Origin: Minisyncoccota bacterium
GTDB taxonomy: Bacteria > Patescibacteriota > Minisyncoccia > Phycocordibacterales > UBA9973
Assembly: GCA_041666045.1 (NCBI GenBank)
Contig: JBAYHR010000002.1
Coordinates: 18,773-82,772 of the forward strand
DNA: 64,000 nucleotides
Reading direction: 5' to 3'
In this document: piece by piece, positions 60,034 through 64,000 of the stretch
How positions within the stretch are numbered: position 1 is the first letter of the stretch
Layout of the letters: every line of letters starts with the position of its first letter
Program-made: the position numbers and the translations under genes
Notes under the pieces: model-generated
What the model saw: only the letters and a program-made list of their open reading frames with translations
Told to the model about the DNA's origin: nothing
Databases searched by the model: none

Positions 60034-60474
60034 ATGAATTTAATACCACTAGAAACATATAAAAAAATCCATAAAAATATACCTATTCTTTGTGTTGATT
60101 TAGTTATTTTAGATAAAAAGAAAAATTTTTTATTAGTGAAAAGAGCTAATGAACCAGCCAAGGGAAAATGGTGGTTTATTGGAGGCAGAGTTAATAAATT
60201 TGAAACACTTAAAAAAGCAGTTGCTAGAAAAGCTAAAGAAGAAATAGGATTAAAAGTAAAAATATTAAAGTGTCTAGGTGTTGATGAAACAATTTTTAAA
60301 AATGGTCCATTTGGTTGGCCTACCCATACAATTAATGTGGTTTTTTTAGTTGAACTTGATAATAAATTAATTAAAATTGATTATCAATCTAAAAAATATG
60401 AATGGTTTAGTCAAATAAACAACAATTGGCCAAGTTATATAAAAAAATTTATTAAATTAGGTTTAGTTAATTAA
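60034..60474 (+). CDS. gmm: NUDIX hydrolase (GDP-mannose mannosyl hydrolase-like, given its position between gmd and fcl)
   Basis: Nudix-fold sequence (GGRVNKFETLKKAVARKAKEEIGL) in gmd-gmm-fcl order. Confidence 0.65.
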   Translation: MNLIPLETYKKIHKNIPILCVDLVILDKKKNFLLVKRANEPAKGKWWFIGGRVNKFETLKKAVARKAKEEIGLKVKILKCLGVDETIFKNGPFGWPTHTINVVFLVELDNKLIKIDYQSKKYEWFSQINNNWPSYIKKFIKLGLVN

Positions 60475-60514
60475 TTGAAATAATAAATATTTGTTTTAGT
60501 TTAGAGATAAAATA

Positions 60515-60548
60515 AAAATCTCCAACAATTAAAGTTGGAGATTTTTGT
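60515..60548. terminator. Bidirectional terminator (atctccaac-aattaaa-gttggagat with A/T runs)
   Basis: Perfect 9-bp stem between convergent genes. Confidence 0.75.
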
Positions 60549-60556
60549 ATTTGCGA

Positions 60557-61198
60557 TTATTTTTTAAGTAACCTTAATTGTATTAAGGCTTTGTAAGAAC
60601 AAGCTACGGCGCTTGTTTCTACAAAAAGCTCAGAATTTAAAACTTCCAAAAATTCTTCAATCGGGACTTCCAAAATCTCAATAATCTCGTTTGGTTCCGG
60701 ATTTCTAGCTTTTTGTTTTTTTATCAAGCCGGTTGCTAAAAATAAATGTGCTGGTAGTCCATGGTCATTTGGTCCTGCTCCACGATATTTTCCAGATTCA
60801 ATAATTACGTGACCAAGATATTTAAAAATTCCATCTCCATAGCCGGTCTCTTTTAAAAAGGAACTTTTAGTCTTTTCAGTAATTTCTTCTTGGGTGGCTT
60901 CAGGAGAAATTTTTCCAATACCACCTGGTGATAATTCCCAATTTGCCATATTTGTTCCGGGCTTCCATTGGATAATTGTTATTACTTTATTTTCTGTGGT
61001 GACTCCAAAGACAACACTCCATCCAAAATATCGAAGAATAGAATGATAATCTTGAATTCCAGTTGGAGTTGCTAGATCATAATCTAGTGTTTGACCAAAG
61101 AATGGGATCTTCGTTCCCAATCTGTATTCACCAACTAGTGGCCAGCCATTAAATTTGGCTTGGTTTGCAATTTTCAGAAATTTTTTAGTAATTTTCAT
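60557..61198 (-). CDS. Hypothetical protein, possibly a degenerate Nudix-like hydrolase
   Basis: ORF of 213 aa with a weak Nudix-box resemblance (GGIGKISPEATQEEITEKTKSSFLKETGYG). Confidence 0.4.
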   Translation of the reverse strand: MKITKKFLKIANQAKFNGWPLVGEYRLGTKIPFFGQTLDYDLATPTGIQDYHSILRYFGWSVVFGVTTENKVITIIQWKPGTNMANWELSPGGIGKISPEATQEEITEKTKSSFLKETGYGDGIFKYLGHVIIESGKYRGAGPNDHGLPAHLFLATGLIKKQKARNPEPNEIIEILEVPIEEFLEVLNSELFVETSAVACSYKALIQLRLLKK

Positions 61199-61261
61199 GG
61201 TTTTTATTTTTAGTTTATGTTATTATGTAAGATACAAAGTTATCCTTTTATAGGATAGCAT

Positions 61262-62233
61262 ATGTTTGATAATATGTCAATGAATAAAAATTCAAAAATT
61301 TACGTCGCAGGACACAGGGGATTGGTTGGTTCTGCACTTACAAGAGCGCTGAAAAAAGGGGGATACACCAATCTTATTATGCGTACTCATCAAGAACTTG
61401 ACCTTACGCGTCAAGCGGATGTTGAACATTTTTTTATGACTGAAAAGCCAGAATATGTTTTTCTCGCGGCCGCTAAAGTCGGGGGCATTATGGCAAATAA
61501 TACATATCCAGCGGAATTCATTTATCAAAATCTAGTTATTGAAACAAATATTATTGAAAGTGCGAGAAAGAATGGTGTGAAAAAACTTCTCTTTTTGGGA
61601 AGTTCCTGCATTTACCCAAAATTTGCTCCTCAGCCGATGAAGGAAGAACATCTTTTAACTGGAACGATTGAGCCAACGAATGAGCCATATGCGCTTGCGA
61701 AAATTGCGGGCATTAAGATGTGCCAGAGCTACAATCGTCAGTATGGGACTAATTTTGTGGCAGTCATGCCAACTAATTTATATGGTCCGAATGATAATTT
61801 TGACCTAACCTCATCGCATGTTTTACCTGCGCTCATTCGTAAATTTCATGAAGCCAAAGAAGCTGGAGCTAAAGAAGTCGTGGCATGGGGTACAGGGTCA
61901 CCCAAGCGAGAGTTCCTGCATGTTGATGATTTGGCGGAGGCATGTCTTTTTGTCATGAATAAATACAATCCGACTAAAGAAGAGAATGAAAAAGGTTCAA
62001 TATTTATGAATTTGGGAACCGGAGAAGATATATCAATCAAGGAACTTACGGAAATGATAAAGGAAGTTGTGGAATTTAAAGGAAAAATTGTCTGGGACAC
62101 AACAAAGCCTGATGGAACACCAAGAAAATTATTAGATGTATCTAAAATAAACAATCTCGGGTGGAAATCAGCTATAACGCTTGAGAATGGTATCAGAACC
62201 ACATATGAATGGTTCTTGGGGAATTTTAATTAA
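61262..62233 (+). CDS. fcl: GDP-L-fucose synthase (GDP-4-keto-6-deoxymannose 3,5-epimerase/4-reductase)
   Basis: [13 protein letters not shown] Rossmann motif and [15 protein letters not shown] (YxxxK) are both typical of Fcl. Confidence 0.9.
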   Translation: MFDNMSMNKNSKIYVAGHRGLVGSALTRALKKGGYTNLIMRTHQELDLTRQADVEHFFMTEKPEYVFLAAAKVGGIMANNTYPAEFIYQNLVIETNIIESARKNGVKKLLFLGSSCIYPKFAPQPMKEEHLLTGTIEPTNEPYALAKIAGIKMCQSYNRQYGTNFVAVMPTNLYGPNDNFDLTSSHVLPALIRKFHEAKEAGAKEVVAWGTGSPKREFLHVDDLAEACLFVMNKYNPTKEENEKGSIFMNLGTGEDISIKELTEMIKEVVEFKGKIVWDTTKPDGTPRKLLDVSKINNLGWKSAITLENGIRTTYEWFLGNFN

Positions 62234-62257
62234 TTTTAATTAATTTTAAGATATTTT

Positions 62258-63022
62258 ATGGAAGAATTAAAAACAAAATCAGAGTTTGAACAGAAAAAAA
62301 GTAAATATTTTATTTCATTAGGGTTTCGTGTTCGTGAAGTATTAGAGTTGCATAAACTTTATAATCTTTGGGGAGAGAAAGATACAAAAGAAGATTGGAG
62401 AAATGTATCTGAACATTGTCTTGTTGAAGTGGGGAGAGTAAAAAAATTTGCCGAGATTTTAAACTTTTCGGAGGAGACAAAAAATAATCTTATTCTTGCA
62501 GCTGGAGTGCATGATTTTTATAAAAGATATGAAGTAGAAGAAACGGCAAAAGCAGGACGGACTTGGGATAGTTATGAAAAAGTATCCAAAGAAGGAACAG
62601 AAAAAATGTATAAAGCTGGTTTGTCACCAAAAGTAATATATCTTGCAAATGCTCCCGGACATTATTCATCACTTGCTGTTATGGAAGTTCTTAATCATCA
62701 GAAACTTTCTGAGAATGATATAGCTTTTCTTGTTATGCATTATGTTGATGATTATACGATAGGTAGTGATTGGGCAAAGAAAGGACAACTCGAACTAAGG
62801 ATACAACACAATGAAGCAAATTCCCAGTATACTATTTTAAATGAGGAAGGGAGGAGGTATTATAATGGGAAAACAACATTTGAAACACAAAGAGAGGTGA
62901 ACAAAATAGTTGCAGAAAAGCTTCTTTTCTTTTTACAGGAAAATAGTCAGAATATTACTGACTCAGAAGATATTCCACTTTTTATAGATGAAAAGATAAA
63001 AGAAGAAATAGAAAAAATATAA
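62258..63022 (+). CDS. HD-domain phosphohydrolase-like protein
   Basis: SEHCLVEV...LILAAGVHDF gives an H...HD pattern. Confidence 0.5.
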   Translation: MEELKTKSEFEQKKSKYFISLGFRVREVLELHKLYNLWGEKDTKEDWRNVSEHCLVEVGRVKKFAEILNFSEETKNNLILAAGVHDFYKRYEVEETAKAGRTWDSYEKVSKEGTEKMYKAGLSPKVIYLANAPGHYSSLAVMEVLNHQKLSENDIAFLVMHYVDDYTIGSDWAKKGQLELRIQHNEANSQYTILNEEGRRYYNGKTTFETQREVNKIVAEKLLFFLQENSQNITDSEDIPLFIDEKIKEEIEKI

Positions 63023-63062
63023 AGATGATTATTTTATTTTTAATAAAAAACAAATAAATTTT

Positions 63063-63950
63063 ATGATTATTACGCGACTAAAAGGAGGAATGGGAAATCA
63101 GATGTTCCAATATGCCTTGGGACGTGCTTTATCTATTAAATATAATGTTCCACTTGGATTAGACCTTGCTTTTTTATTGGATAGAACTCCGCGACCAAAA
63201 TTTCACCAATTTTCTTTTAGGAATTATGATTTAGATGTTTTTAATGTGAATGTTAAAATTATTTCTCAATCAAAAATTCCATTTTTCCATAGACAGTATT
63301 TTAAGGGTAAAATTATGGTATATATTAATGGTTTAATTAGTATTTTTGATAAAATTTTTAGAAAAGAAAAATATTTTGTTTTTAAAGAGTCTGTTTTAAA
63401 TAAAGGTCCGAATGCTTATCTTGATGGTTATTGGCAAAATCCAAAATATTTTGATGGTATAAAAGATATTCTTAGAAAAGATTTTACCATTAAGGATTTA
63501 ACAGATCAAAATATACAAAATTTATCAAAAGATATATTAAGTCAAAATTCTCTGTGCATTCATGTAAGAAGAGGTGATTTTGTTAGTAATAAAAATCACG
63601 ATATTGTTGCAAAGAATTATTATAATGAAAGATTAGAATATTTAAAAAAAATTGTTAGTGTTGATAAAATTTATGTTTTTTCTGACGATATTTCTTGGTG
63701 TAAAGAGAATTTAATATTTGATATTCCAACCATATTTGTAGAGAATAGTCTTTCTGGTAAAAAAGGAGAAGGACATTTATATTTAATGAGTTGTTGTAAG
63801 TATTTTATTATTCCCAATAGTACATTTTCTTGGTGGGGAGCTTGGTTGAGTATAAGAGAAGAAAAAATTGTAATTTGTCCTAAAAAATGGTTAAATAGTG
63901 AAGTAATTAATACAGATGATTTGATTCCTAAAGAATGGATAAGAATATAA
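63063..63950 (+). CDS. GT11-family alpha-1,2-fucosyltransferase
   Basis: N-terminal GGMGNQMFQYALGRAL and a HVRRGDF motif, both typical of bacterial FutC-type GT11 enzymes. Confidence 0.8.
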   Translation: MIITRLKGGMGNQMFQYALGRALSIKYNVPLGLDLAFLLDRTPRPKFHQFSFRNYDLDVFNVNVKIISQSKIPFFHRQYFKGKIMVYINGLISIFDKIFRKEKYFVFKESVLNKGPNAYLDGYWQNPKYFDGIKDILRKDFTIKDLTDQNIQNLSKDILSQNSLCIHVRRGDFVSNKNHDIVAKNYYNERLEYLKKIVSVDKIYVFSDDISWCKENLIFDIPTIFVENSLSGKKGEGHLYLMSCCKYFIIPNSTFSWWGAWLSIREEKIVICPKKWLNSEVINTDDLIPKEWIRI

Positions 63951-63965
63951 TTAAAATTAAAAATT

Positions 63966-64000
63966 ATGAATAACGAAGAATTAAAAAATTTAATAATTTA
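63966..64000 (+). CDS. 5' end of a further CDS (partial)
   Basis: An ATG at 63966 opens a reading frame that runs off the window. Confidence 0.3.
   Translation, partial: MNNEELKNLII

Noticed and set aside
1-64000. CRISPR arrays, rRNA or tRNA genes, transposase or integrase genes
   Set aside because: No regularly spaced direct repeats, no rRNA-like conserved stretches, and no recognisable transposase/integrase/recombinase ORFs. The mobile-looking features are small non-coding repeats and the DUF559 cassette only.

Overview
This is an AT-rich (roughly 30% GC), gene-dense bacterial chromosomal segment. Many proteins are short or truncated: pgk is 358 aa, the trigger factor lacks its PPIase domain, comEC is split into two genes, metG is 479 aa, and glycyl-tRNA synthetase is the short alpha2 type. 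That pattern fits best with a reduced-genome lineage such as Patescibacteria/CPR. Several secreted proteins carry Bacteroidetes-style signals, including one T9SS C-terminal sorting domain, so the phylum call is uncertain.

Gene content is mostly housekeeping:
- Protein quality control, energy and transcription: clpP, tig, a proton-pumping pyrophosphatase, nusA.
- Glycolysis and one-carbon metabolism: tpiA, pgk, glyA.
- DNA replication and repair: recJ, rnhA, recO, recA, ftsK, ssb.
- Translation: argS, ileS, glyQS, metG, rpsF, rpsR, efp.
- Nucleotide metabolism: tmk, dut, tatD, Nudix and HIT hydrolases.
- Many secreted or surface proteins.
- A 3' surface-glycan block with two O-antigen-ligase-like paralogs, gmd, gmm, fcl and a GT11 fucosyltransferase.

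No rRNA gene, tRNA gene or CRISPR array was found.

The main unexplained signals are non-coding:
1. At least three genes (the pyrophosphatase, rnhA, ssb) carry the same long-range helix, TCCCGTTAGAAATT ... AATTTCTAACGGG-ATG. It buries the start codon, and the upstream arm can instead form a local hairpin. A fourth locus shows a weaker variant.
2. A 34-nt GC-rich core sits on long perfect AT-rich stems at two loci. Base changes between the copies are compensatory. One copy lies exactly at the junction of the split comEC.
3. A roughly 114-nt GC-rich repeat of three hairpins built from SD/anti-SD-like sequences occurs three times. Two 100%-identical copies bracket a DUF559 (Vsr-like) endonuclease gene inserted between metG and tatD.
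4. An identical 28-nt palindromic terminator flanks an AT-rich orphan gene.
5. CTAG-containing palindromes sharing the 11-mer CTAGAAACTAG occur at the clpP promoter region and again next to a gene for a winged-helix protein.
6. ileS appears to contain a histidine phosphatase (PGAM-like) domain of about 200 aa inserted in its catalytic core.
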